A stretch of DNA of 63,535 nt, the filler included, from Octopus bimaculoides (lineage: Eukaryota), in the NCBI RefSeq assembly GCF_001194135.2. It is 5 parts of 4 records of this genome, joined end to end, with 100 filler letters (N's around TTAATTAATTAA, not from the genome) between each part and the next. Parts side by side here need not be neighbours in the genome. Positions count along the whole stretch, not along the records: positions 33,478 to 61,480 come from NC_068981.1; positions 61,581 to 63,535 come from NC_068984.1; 3 more parts are not named here. One strand, written 5' to 3'. Positions 51,074-63,535 of this stretch are shown here, one piece after another. Under the pieces are notes generated by a model, which was given only the letters and a program-made list of their open reading frames with translations, had not been told where the DNA came from and searched no databases. Both the position numbers and the translations under genes were made by a program. Position 1 is the stretch's first letter, and every line of letters begins with the position of its first letter.

Positions 51074-52520
51074 CACAAATATATAACTATATCATATTGA
51101 TTTACTTATACCATATATACGTATATGTTCATCTATATGGACCTTTCAGTCATTATGTTCCCATGTATATGTTGGTATTATTTTTCGTATGAATTACAAT
51201 ACTTTTGATTATACACATTCCTACGAACCTAATATATTATTACAAGTTTAGCAGTCATATTTGCATTTTAGAATCGTTAGTAAACTTATTTATACACGTT
51301 TGAATTAAATTTAACACAGGGGATCGGATTTGTACTATTTAATTACAGTCTAGGTAATCATTAATCTTGCAAGATTTGACATCGAGAATGAATTGTTCCG
51401 GCTTCATTGAGTAATTGAATCTATTTGAAATATAATAGTAATAATCTTCACTATGTCACACAATTCCAATCAAGTGGAATATATTTACATATTTATTGGG
51501 CTTATAATTCGATGCTCAAGGAAATTAAAAAGAGTAATATTTACATGATACTAGAGAAACGAATGGACGACTTTCTGCAGTGTCAATTAATTACTCCATA
51601 GAATTTAGTGTGTTCAATCTGCGCATTACGTGAACGATACTTAACGAAAGATGTTGACTTTATTATCTGGAAGGCTAGTTGAAAGAACAGGTATTACCAT
51701 TACAAGATATATATATATATCTGTGTGTGCGTGTTTGTATGCAAATATATTTATATAGATGTATACACGTATTAACAATACGTATGTTATTATACATTCA
51801 TAAATATTTGTCATGTTATAGTTCATTCCCAGAAATTCCAAAATCATATATGTTAATGTAGCAATCGGGTGATACGTAGAATCGGTATATATTAAGCATG
51901 CATGGTCAACTCGACTTGGGATTTCGAAGCAGAATATGAATTCTTCATTCGCGAACCAAATAATTCAGCTATGTCTACACAATTACAAACCTTAACCCTT
52001 TTTCAATGAAGCATACTACACACTGACATATCTATTTTAATCAACCGTGCATCTATCATTAGAGAAATTCGGGAACAGTCATTAAATGCCTTCATATATT
52101 TGTTACTTATTCATAAATTAGATTAATCCATTAGAAAGCTCTATATATTACCTGTAGCGGTATCTAGAGCAGAATCGTTACAACGGCAGGCAAAATGCCT
52201 TGGGAAATTAATTTAAGGCCTTCACGATTCAATTTCAAATCCAAATCGGTGCATCTGTTCATTCTTGAAGAATTTATGAAATGAAATTCTACAAAATATT
52301 CAACTAATCTTTCATATTACAATAGATCCAAGCATACTCGCTCGACTAATGACGCGGCACATCATTTGGAGTACACTCCCATCACATCAATGCTATCAAA
52401 CAGCGCCAAACTATATACTGACTAATAGAAATACGCAAATATATTTCAACTTATAATTCATTCATACATATATGCAGGTACAGCCAAACATATACAAACT
52501 CACAAAAACATACACGAAGA

Positions 52521-52668
<148 letters not shown>

Positions 52669-54128
52669 CGCGCGCGCGCTTTAACACTGACTTCATTAAT
52701 GTATATTTAATCCGAAGAAGCAAGAAATGCACATGTAAGATGTAAAATTTCATGGAACTACTGAAGTCGTAGAATTTCTTAATTTTAATTTGAGAAAAAT
52801 GTAAATGGTGTTTTCTCAAAACGAGTATACATTTTTTTCACATTTGCCTTACGGAAGCCTGCCAAATACCGTTCTTCACTTGACTTGTGTGTGATGTAAT
52901 CCCGTTTTAACGCAACCACCTAGATTGAGTTTAACATTTTGGTGGTCGAAAATGTTCCAGAAAATTACATCAGGGTTGATGTCTACATCCTCCATACTTC
53001 AAGGTTTGGCAACGGCCCTATAAATACTATTACATATTGCACCTCCTTCAGTGAGTAGGAGAGGAAAATAACTAATTGTACCAAAAGAAATATAGTTCTG
53101 GGGTCGATACGATAAATACAATCTGTTTCAGGTTGTATCCTATTATTATAGCCGCAAAATGTCTAAAAGCAGAACATTAATTAAATATATAAATTATCGT
53201 GAAGATATAAACAAGTTATTTTCATCGAAAGGCTGTAAGTTGAAAAACATTTTAATATGAAGATGTACAAGGCATGGAAGGAATAAATTTTGAAGAAAAA
53301 CAAAAAAACAATGAGACGTTTGGAAGATGTTACACAAATTACTGCCACCCAAACAATGAAATAAAATGTTTACATCTTATTCAGGGAAATTATGTAGCAA
53401 AGGTGTACTGAATATCATAAGCTACTTGTATATATTTCCGAAATTCAAGATTTATGACGGAAGATGTGTTTATATGAGGTGAGAACGGAGAAATTTGATA
53501 CTTTAATGCATTTTATTAGTAGTTTCCTTGCCAATCTATAATACACACGTACTAATATTTGTCCTGCTGTCATGAACAATAGAAAAGTTTAAAATAAAAT
53601 GAGCTACGGGATAGAAAAGTTAACTACTTCTTTTCAACTTGTGCCAGAATATATAACCGAACGCAATCGAATATAAAGAGGAAAGAGATATTAAAATAAT
53701 GTCTACATTTTTTGCCAACAACTTAGTTTCAGTTCACATTCTTTTGCTTTCTTTCTCTTTTCTTTTACTGTTTTTGCTTTTAGGAGATGTAATATATAAA
53801 AATAACCATAGCTTAACCTTCAAAGTGGAATATTGGTAAAAAATTCTGTCTGGTCACAGATGTCACAGGTGTGAAACTCATGCTAAATATGGAAATCTAT
53901 ATACCTATTATGTCATGTCCAATATGAGTATAGCTAGTTTGTGATATTTATACTTATATCTATATNNNNNNNNNNNNNNNNNNNNNNNNNNNNNNNNNNN
54001 NNNNNNNNNNNNNNNNNNNNNNNNNNNNNNNNNNNNNNNNNNNNNNNNNNNNNNNNNNNNNNNNNNNNNNNNNNNNNNNNNNNNNNNNNNNNNNNNNNNN
54101 NNNNNNNNNNNNNNNNNNNNNNNNNNNN

Positions 54129-54178
<50 letters not shown>

Positions 54179-54689
54179 CGTGTGTGTGTGTGTGGGTGTG
54201 GGTGTGTATGCGTGCGCGCGCGTGTGTGTGTGTGAAGTTTTATTGATTTCCATCCGCGTATTTTTGTGATATTTTATAGTACTGCACGAAATAAAAATGT
54301 CAATAGGATATATTTCATGTTCCTTGCTAATATTCATTGATAGATTACTCCTGGTTATGTTTCATAACAACCATATTTTGGACGGACAATAACATGTTAT
54401 AAAATACTAAATCAACATATATACTGGACAAAGAACGCTGTTACAAAATCAACCGAATGTAGACATGAAAGTAAATAGCTATTTTCCAATATTTGAAATA
54501 GCATTTTAGTAAATGTATAAAAACATTCAATAATAAACAGCAATAAAGTTAAATAATCAAGTATAATATCTGGTAAATAACCTAAGATAATATGTGACAC
54601 TCGTGTGCACTTTCATATATGCGACAACATCTTAAACATCATTGGCTATGCAGTTGACACCGTCCTCATAACAAGAACTGAGAAAAATA

Positions 54690-55432
54690 TGGCGCAGTTA
54701 TGTAAATGACGAACATGACGAATTGTGTTTAAGTATTTACCAACCAATATCAAAACAAACGGAAGCAATAAGAGTCTTAAAGAAAGTGCCATTGATTAAC
54801 AGCATAAGTATTAATGCGGCAAATTTGAAACAAATCGTTATCTTTAGATAATTGGTCGACGTGATTACATCTGATGGAACGTCAATTGAAGAAATTAAGT
54901 CAAATGAAATTAATAATTGTATAGGTGTAATCTGCATTTTTCAACATCAAACAACACATACTTACTAAGAAAAAAGAACGTATATCAATAAGAATGCGGA
55001 AAGAGTCGGAGTGTCATACACGAAACCCTTCATTAAATATGGTTTTGTGACATGGAACAGCAACAAAGATATCCAAATGGTTCGTGGAAAGAATGGCTCA
55101 GTAGAGGAGAAAGCTGAGTACGTCCAATGAATACAGTGAAACATCAGGAAGACCTTTGAGAAACAAAGACCCTGCAGTATCGTTTCAATAACGTTAGATG
55201 AGAGAAAGTTCATTAAGCGCTATACGGAAGGAGATAGCCATGAACTCGTGGTGTATACGAAAAATAAAAAGAAGTATCCATAAAACATAAAGAAGAAATA
55301 TGGTGGTGGTATTAGAAGCAGGTCTCCAAAAGACTTTCAGAAATGTATGGAGTTGCGTAAGGTTTTTAAGGGGCGAAATGATTGATGGGGCGCGTAAAAA
55401 TATACGTCTGCACACATCACACTAAAAGAGGA

Positions 55433-55468
<36 letters not shown>

Positions 55469-55748
55469 ATATATTCGAATTCCTAAACGAAAGGCGTTGA
55501 CAAGTATAACCGGCAAGGCTATCAACGTGAAGATCCCGTACAGTACCAAACTGCAAGTCATGGAGATGATGAGTTCCGATTCTTGTTGTAAAGATGCACC
55601 AGATCAAAGTTTTATTTTTGTCACTGACAGCATGCTTAGAGAGTTAGGACAAGCCACAAGCATTATATGCAACGGTAAATTCACAATAACGCCAAGACAA
55701 TCGGTGCACCTCATGAATCACGGCTTAGTATTCACTGGCAGGCCTTGA
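54690..55748 (+). pseudogene. Decayed Mutator/MULE-like transposase ORF interrupted by (TA)n
   Basis: FIFVTDSMLRELGQATSIICNGKFTITPRQSVHLMNHGL resembles the MULE motif IF.T...L..L....DGTF...P....L..HG. The upstream ~230 codons are in the same frame with only five internal stops. Confidence 0.55.
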
Positions 55749-57384
55749 AAGAGCAGCACAGGAAGCTCTGAGGCAGGCCTTCTCCAACTGTCAATTACAA
55801 TGTTGTTTTTCCCACTTTTTACAACTTATATACATATATTTCTGAAATTCACACGTATACTTCAACACTTACTCGTATAATAATAATTCAAATGCCAACA
55901 CATTAGATCAGCAAACATATCACTATTTTTATTACACTTTTGTAATGTATACACTTTTGTAGCCATTAAGTTAGAAGTATGCATAGTAAATAATGAATCA
56001 TTCCATTATTTAACTGTGATTATTAACCAACCTCGGAACTTCTGATATGTAAAGGCACACATGTACTGAGCTAGCTTTCTTAGATCTTAAATCTGAGTCT
56101 CTATATAGCTTTTTTTTTTTAATCCTATTATTCTTTTACTCACATGCGACGTTGTGTTGCAATACTGGAACAACACCTTTGCAATTGGTAATGTTACTAT
56201 AGAAGCTGGAATACTTACATTGGTGTGTTTGGAATCTCTAAAAGAGCTTCCAAGCGATTCTTGAATAAATTCACACCCGGATCAGATTAAAACAAAATTG
56301 TTAAGGTATTTAAATGCTGTGAACATTGAATCCTATGCTATTGTTGTTTGTGATTTTTTAGGGAAGAATGAAAACCTAAGATTATGCAGTAAAAAAACGC
56401 TTCAGGATTGGTAAAGTTCTAATTACATAATTTGGGGGTCTAACCTTTAAAGTATATTCTATGTATTAATCGATTCATATCTTTTTCTGTCGTCCGCTCC
56501 GCGAGCAGATTTTATCACATTTCTTAGCCCTTATATAAAGGCGTCCTTATTCACAAAATAGAATCTACTTCTGCTGTTTAATACTATTTTCGACCACCTG
56601 AGTCGGTATTCTGGCAGGTAGCTGAGGACAAGTGTTCTCCAAATAAGCAGTACGATTTCTGCTCTATCATAAAGCATATTCTCAAGAAACATATCGTTCA
56701 CCTGTATCATGTTAAGAAAACCAGACACAATGTGTTCCGGTTGTTTGTTTTCTTAGCATTATCTGGAATTGTATGCTATTTTCTTTCGTATGAGGCAATA
56801 TGATGTGCATGTCGTTATTTGGTCTTTTCACTCAGACTCTTTCTTAATCGTGTCTACGTTGATTGATAGCATTGTACCCTTTAGAATAACTTGTAAAGAT
56901 ATGACACTACTCACCTTGAAGTATTCTATACCTGAGGATTGGCAATTTCAGTTATGAATAGTTATACAGCTAAATTGCCATTATAATGCAGAAATAGTGT
57001 TGTTGCAGTCATAAATCGGATGCGTTCTTGTATTTGTATTGAAATGATACCCCATCTAAATACAGACTATGGGTGCTATGGAATTATATTACAAATTAAA
57101 TCTTCTTAACACCATTTGTATAATAACGTTCTCCTGATTGTTTGCATTGCATATTGTAATGCTGATTTAAATAGTTTAACAAACTTCTGGTGACGGGATA
57201 ATAATTATACTTATATATAATGTGTCGTAGATTTTGTTTGTTCCCTATTTTGGTAAATTTCAAGTTCTGATTGCAGAGAATTTTTATTCTGAAGACCGAT
57301 GTTATGTTAATGTGTCATCGAAATAATAGTTTGAAATGTTTGGCACACGTGAGCTTATGTTTTGAGGGAGGAGAAAACAATCAT

Positions 57385-57500
57385 ATCGAATCTAGTACTT
57401 GACTGCTACTTAATATATCGACACCGAAAGTATGAAAGACAATGTCAACCTCGGTGGAATTCGAACTCAGAACGAAAAGACGGACGGATAGGTGTTTCGT
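57385..57500 (-). mobile_element. Partial SINE (28361-type)
   Basis: Minus strand reads GAGTTCGAATTCCACCGAGGTTGACATTGTCTTTCATACTTTCGGTGTCGAT. Confidence 0.8.
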
Positions 57501-59617
57501 AAATATAACGTGGCTCCATATATATGTTCAAAACTTATATTTATCTATTTTAGAAATGATAATGTTGTAACTGCCATATTTACTTCATATAACATTTCAC
57601 AACAAATGTTATGTAGTACAAATCTGGATGGCTAGTTCGATGTGTAAGTCAAAAGTTGTGCACATACGAAATACTATGCTTTCCGTCTTTCATACTTTGT
57701 CTATTCGGCAACGGAAAAAAGTGTAATTAATGATACATACGTACGTACATGCATATCTACATACATGTATATGCATATACACATATCTATACATACATAC
57801 GTACATACATATATGCATATACATACAGCACACACACACATATACAATTTTACAAACTGTCATTCCGTTTCACGTAACCGTTCATCATATATGTGTATCA
57901 ACAAATTTATATATTGTGTATAACGAATCATTGGCGCAAAGCAGTGTGTCGGTATGAGTACGATTTAGTTTAGTTGAAATTTGTTTGTCACATACTTCAA
58001 CTACTAATGGAAAATACACTGCAATTTCCGTGGAGAAAATAATATCTCTTATGGTAAAAAGGTATGAAAACACCTAGTTCGTTCAGTGTCGCCATGTGTC
58101 AGGAATCTCAAACATTGATGTTTCGAGTTTCTTGACTCTTGTCAATGAGATATACCTAAGAGAGGCAACTCTGAACTTACTAAATAAAGCTTATAGCTTT
58201 ATATATAATTTAGTCAACACGTTGGCTGATTTTCGCTAGCAGATCGCCCGATCGAGTTAGATAACGAGGCATTGACGAAAAGCAGTGTTTAGGTATGAGC
58301 ACCTTTTTACTTTAAGAGAGTTTTTTTTCTCCACGGTAACTGTGTTTAACAGTTGAAATATGTGACACATGTATTTCAACTAACCTAAATCGTGATCATA
58401 TATTGTGCGTATATGTGTGTATACATGAATAAACACACACATTTATGTGCGTGTTTCTGTGTGTGTTTATGTATGTATCAAGTTTTTTATGCGTGGAACA
58501 ATATTTGTAATAAACGTAAACGAATTCTGAGTATAAACATAAGAATTAATTGAATTCCTTAGAGCCGAATTTAAAATCAGAAGCAAAGTTTAACAATACA
58601 CTTTCGCAGATGCGCTATATGTAGTGACAGTATTTTTACCACTTACATATAATTTTGATATGCGCAGTAGTTAAGACCTACTTAGCAACACGTATAAAGA
58701 CGTAAAATACAAGCAAATGAGACTGAGCCAAATTCATCCCTGTTTGAAACACAAAAGCGTTCGAAATATTAGAAATATAGTTACTTGTTTCCAATAGAAG
58801 AATATTCTCCAAAGTGCTTGCTGCTGTGAATATATCGTAATAGCATGTTTCTATACAATGGTGTGGATTAGTACAAGCATTTGCTTGATGCATAGGTTTC
58901 ATGTATGTACTTTGATGCGCGTGTGTATTGTATTCCGTTGCAAATAAAATACCTGATCTTCTGCAAATGCGCAGGGCCTTTAAGGCTCATAAATATTTTG
59001 TTGACATTTATCACTTTTGTTATGCAATCCATTTGGGGATTATGCCTTATGATAGTGCTTTCCTTTTTCCTAAGAATCTATATCCAGTTATGTTTTATTT
59101 CCACGTGTTTCAAAGATTATAATTCCGATGAAGCTGAATATATATTTGAAATAGCTGGATAATAAACTCTAACGTATAGCGCCATATAACTGCCAGCTTT
59201 TTATTGTAATTCTTTTCACTACATTAGCATTCAATAATATCAAAGAAACAGGTTATACTACGTTATTCTTTTATTTCCTGACTTTTTTTTAGAAGTAACA
59301 GAATCCATTTGAATAAATGTGTGTGTTTGTATATATGCATTAACTATATTTTTAATATATTTTGTATATTAGGATCAATGGATTGAAGAATCGATAGGAC
59401 TATATACAATGCGTTTCATATTTTGCGGTTCAAATCTCTTCATGGACGACGTACCTTCTTGATAAAACAAGATCCAAAGTAATTCAGTGATTAATCGACG
59501 CTGAAGAATCTAATGTCTGGTTTGGTACTAATCCTTTGATGCTTCTGTAATTTGAATAACACAACAGTTGTGTGATGCAGTTCACATGCGCATATGACAT
59601 ACAGTACCTAATCTATA

Positions 59618-59910
59618 TACCGCAACCGCATCACCAGGTTTCGAAATATCCTTAAACGACATGTAACATCACTGGTCGATTTTATCAGGAGGCTTAAGGA
59701 AGCGAAGACAAAATACGACCTTACATGGTCCATACTTAGACACGCGAGTCCTTACAACACTATGTCCCGGAAATGTCAGTTATGGTCCGCGGAATCACTC
59801 TCGATAATGTTAACAAAGGAGTGAGTGCATTATAAATAAATTCATCGAACAATTACCCAGATGCCTACATGCAGCAAAACACACATTCACATATTACAAT
59901 CCCGACCTCA
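59618..59910 (+). mobile_element. Penelope-like GIY-YIG endonuclease C-terminal fragment
   Basis: YRNRITRFRNILKRHVTSLVDFIRRLKEAKTKYDLTWSILRHASPYNTMSRKCQLWSAESLSI...RCLHAAK matches the Neptune-type pattern SFR..T.L...W.LK..Y.I.W.I..A.PY..C.LC..E..C.H. Confidence 0.75.
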
Positions 59911-60045
59911 CATAATTAGATGTGTACTTGGCGCGCATAACTCATAATACATCTGAACTTGAGGAACAATATTTGAATAATTTATATTTGACATGATGTT
60001 GCAATCTAGATCCACATGTATACTTGTACATAGATATGTACAAGT

Positions 60046-60077
<32 letters not shown>

Positions 60078-61480
60078 ATNNNNNNNNNNNNNNNNNNNNN
60101 NNNNNNNNNNNNNNNNNNNNNNNNNNNNNNNNNNNNNNNNNNNNNNNNNNNNNNNNNNNNNNNNNNNNNNNNNNNNNNNNNNNNNNNNNNNNNNNNNNNN
60201 NNNNNNNNNNNNNNNNNNNNNNNNNNNNNNNNNNNNNNNNNNNNNNNNNNNNNNNNNNNNNNNNNNNNNNNNNNNNNNNNNNNNNNNNNNNNNNNNNNNN
60301 NNNNNNNNNNNNNNNNNNNATATATATATATATAGGTTTACATATTCATCTGTGCACATTTGCATTTTTGTGTATGTATGCATGTATGTATTAGTGTGAA
60401 TATGTGTTTACGTGTTTGCGATCGTATGTTTATGTGTGCATATGCGTACATATATGATGTATATGTGTGCGTCCATTCTGTATTATTTATATATATATAG
60501 CGGCCTACGTACACTTTGACTCTTATATGTAAGTACACATTTTTCTAAATCTTGTATGACTCTATTTCTGTCTCTCACCCCCTTCACACTTATTCTTTCA
60601 TTCCACTGTTCGTTCTTTCGTTCCCCCTCGCTCACATTTCCTTGCCTTCTCTTCTCCCTCCACATTTCACTTCATTCTGTCCCTGTTATTTTTCCTCTCC
60701 CCTCACTAATTCTTTTGTCCCTCTGCCTCTACATCTCTCTCTTCCCACGTGACCGTTGTTCGGCCAAACCTGACCTTTCATTCTTGGGCTAAGTTGCGTG
60801 CTACATCGTTATTTCTCCCTGTACCTGTGAAATGCTTTATCCCGGCTGTAAGGCCTTATTTCCATATACGGTAGCTTAACTTTATTCGTCCTTAGTCGAA
60901 AGACATCTGTTGTTATGTCCCGGTATTATTCCTGTATTTGTGATATAATGTTCGTTTTTTCTGTCCTTGTTTTTGTATACATTCGCTGCTTTCTTCCAAG
61001 GAATCTAATGCTCTTAGCTTAGTTTTTCCTTGGGGCTGGCCAGATTGGAGCAATATCAAGAATATCCAGCCGAAATTGCAAAGAAGATCTGGATCTCGAC
61101 TGAAGAAAGAAAACTCGGAATGACCTATCCCTGTTTTCTTTGTATCGTCTATCTGGATGTTTTGTACCTTTGTTGTATCACCTAACTGTCTGGAAGATTT
61201 TTGTTCTTGTCTCATTCTGTGACGGGACCTTGATGACTGTCATGAAGCAGGAAAGTATAGCAGTCCTTATATATTTAGCACTCTATATTTAATACTCAAT
61301 ATTTCATATATCCAAGAAGACAGTCAATATTTCATTTCATTTTACTATTTATATTATATATACCATATTCTATATCCCACATTAATTTTATAAGAATATA
61401 AATAAAACATAAAAAAACAGTTGGAAATCTTTTAAATAATATATTCCTCTATACACGATCATATTTTTTTTTATTCATAT

Positions 61481-61580
61481 NNNNNNNNNNNNNNNNNNNN
61501 NNNNNNNNNNNNNNNNNNNNNNNNTTAATTAATTAANNNNNNNNNNNNNNNNNNNNNNNNNNNNNNNNNNNNNNNNNNNN
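61481..61580. other. Assembly join spacer (44N-TTAATTAATTAA-44N)
   Basis: Linker at 61525-61536. Confidence 0.95.
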
Positions 61581-62560
61581 AACAAGAGAGACAGAGACAG
61601 GCAGAAACAAGGAAAATGCTCCTTGTATTTGAATACTATGCCAATATTCTTTTAAAAAACTTTTCTTTTAATTTTCAGTATTGTTTTCTTCACTTTTCTT
61701 CTCTTCTTCGTTTTCCTTCTCGGAACATCTTGCTTTCATGTGCCCTTCTTTGCCGCATAGGAAGCATGTTGGTGGTCTTCCTTCTACTGTTATTCGAAGT
61801 CTTGTGTCTTCCGGGAGTGCTATTTCCTCCGCTACACTATGCAAGTCCTCCAAAGACAACTGCATGGTCACTTCGACGCCATATCCCCACCAATTGACCT
61901 TTTGGGTCCTCATTATCTTGAGGATCTCCGCCCCATCCTTCATATCGTGCATTATGGCTGCCACCAGCCATTCTTCCTCGATTTCACGGGGCACTCTTCC
62001 AACTCTCACTCTGGCAACGTGTTTGCCACAGTACGTTGGAAGTAGTATCCATTTCGGTGTCCATAACGGGTCCGTGGAATGGTTTATGGCATCTTCTTCG
62101 TTGCCAACCCTTACTTCCACTGAGCCATACTTTCTTCCACGTGTATAGAATGTGATCAATTTTTTAACTTTTTCGAGATATTCCTCTATTTCTTCTGTTG
62201 GGCAAACTCTATCTTGTTCAAGGACGTAGACAACATTCTGTATACTACCATCCTCTTCGCTATGTTGTTCATCAGTTTTTCTGGGGGAATCAGCTTTAGA
62301 CTGGCTCCCGACTTTTTTACGAATTTTCTTCCTTCATTCCACTTTCTTGTGTCAATTTCTATTTCCTGCACTTCCAGGGTATTGGCATTTATTCTTTGGG
62401 TTGTTGCTGATGCATAACTTTGTCTATTCTCCATCTGTCTTCCTTTCTCCACTTCTCCCGTAGATGGGGAATATACAGATGCAAACAAAACAGTGACTAA
62501 AATTCAACAATTTAAACAATTCAACGAATCTTGGTTCACCCACGCGGGGAGACCTACAAC
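61581..62560 (-). mobile_element. 5' end and ORF1 of a Tx1/L1-clade LINE
   Basis: ORF 61668-62159 ends RITVEGRPPTCFLCGKEGHMKARC (CX2CX4HX4C knuckle) followed by an E/K-rich region. A frameshifted N-terminal part lies at 62186-62488. Cut off by the assembly join. Confidence 0.8.
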
Positions 62561-62619
62561 AAACATACAACATCAGTGTGATTCGAACTCACGTCGAAGA
62601 AATCACTACCAACTCCCAT

Positions 62620-63198
62620 GAGTGGCAATCACCAGTTGGCGATGTGAAGTGCTTCCCAATGCAAATATATATATCCTTATTTCCAGTGATGAAAAGTCAC
62701 TGATCTTGAAAAGGTGTAAACAAACACTAATAAATCTCTGAGCGAGGTATAAACAGTAGCTGCACAACATCATGAAGNNNNNNNNNNNCTTAAATGTGGC
62801 TAACCCTTAAGGGTGGATGCTACTGTAGCTTGTAGCCACAGGGGGACACCTCCTCCAGCTGGCTATTGACACACTTTCTGTGACCTATCAGTAGTTTCAA
62901 AGTGCCAAATATACTTCACGATGTCGTGCAGCTACTGTTTATACCTCGCTCAGAGATTTATCTACCTTGTTTATCTACCTTGTTTACACTTTTTCGAGAT
63001 CAGTGACATTTTGTCACTGGAAAAAGGATATATATATTTGCATTGGGAACCACTTCACATCGACAACCGGTGATTGTCACATGCTGATGACGGGTCAATA
63101 CCCAGAAACCCGGGTCCGTGTGTATCACGTCAGGCTGAAGATGGGAAGGATGGCTTCCCTTTGCAAATACTGATAGGGCACAGAAAGTGTGTCAATAG
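62620..63198. mobile_element. Penelope-derived non-autonomous element(s) in nested inverted arrangement
   Basis: 62620-62777 is the reverse complement of ~62915-63082; 62863-62893 is the reverse complement of 63168-63198 (one mismatch). The hammerhead lies in the right-hand copy. Confidence 0.7.
63070..63128 (+). ncRNA. Type I hammerhead ribozyme candidate with palindromic helix III
   Basis: Helix I GTGAT/ATCAC plus CACATG/CGTGTG; CTGATGA at 63084-63090; helix II GGGT-CAAT-ACCC; GAAA at 63105-63108; ACCCGGGT palindrome; GTC triplet at 63114-63116. Confidence 0.75.
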
Positions 63199-63239
63199 TC
63201 ACCTATCTCAATACCTATTCCCCTCTGAGCCGATGCGTG

Positions 63240-63480
63240 CTTGTCTTGCAAATTACTTGGTGACTACGCTGGTGCTGGTGCTACGTAAAAAGCACCCAGT
63301 ACATTTCGTAAAGTGGTTAGTGTTAAGAAGGGCATCTAGCGGTAGAAACCATATGAAAGATATCAATAGAGCTTGGTACAGACCCCTAGCTTGCCAGCAC
63401 CTGTCAAACCGTCTGACCCATGCTGCATAGAAAATGGGCGTTAAATGATAATGATGATGATTTTGATGATAATGATGGTG
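63240..63480 (+). mobile_element. 3' part of a SINE ending in (GAT)n
   Basis: CGTAAAAAGCACCCAGTAC...AAGGGCATC...ACCCATGCTGCATAGAAAATGGGCGTTAAATGATAATGATGAT. Confidence 0.8.

Positions 63481-63535
<55 letters not shown>

Noticed and set aside
63134-63170. Second tandem hammerhead core (CTGAAGA plus GGGAAG/CTTCCC hairpin)
   Set aside because: No GAAA follows the hairpin (TTTGCAAA instead), and there is no helix I or III.

Overview
Animal genomic DNA that is AT-rich, dense in microsatellites and rich in repeats. The SINE and Penelope families look cephalopod, probably Octopus; this is inferred from repeat style. The window is five assembly pieces joined by 100-bp 44N-TTAATTAATTAA-44N spacers, with many internal N gaps. 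The only well-supported host gene is a minus-strand, MMP-type hinge plus hemopexin-domain gene. It has three exons with canonical, phase-compatible splice sites (7571-7380, 6125-5971, 4539-4383); I found no catalytic or pro-domain exons in the window. A CpG-dense (TTCG/TACG) satellite with higher-order structure occupies about 17 kb (8441-25270). The rest is retroelement debris (Penelope-like, Ty3/Gypsy, Tx1/L1, RTE, R4/Dong-like, CR1), tRNA-derived SINEs, a foldback element and a decayed MULE transposase. The best leads are: (1) a Penelope element whose pseudo-LTR carries a tRNA-like Pol III A/B-box cassette upstream of a hammerhead ribozyme; (2) a nearly intact type I hammerhead with a palindromic helix III at 63070-63128; (3) the satellite, with CpG-deamination variants and a strand-switch end; (4) the divergent hemopexin gene; (5) an RTE ending in three C2H2 fingers. 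All translations and folds were done by eye; no database searches were run.
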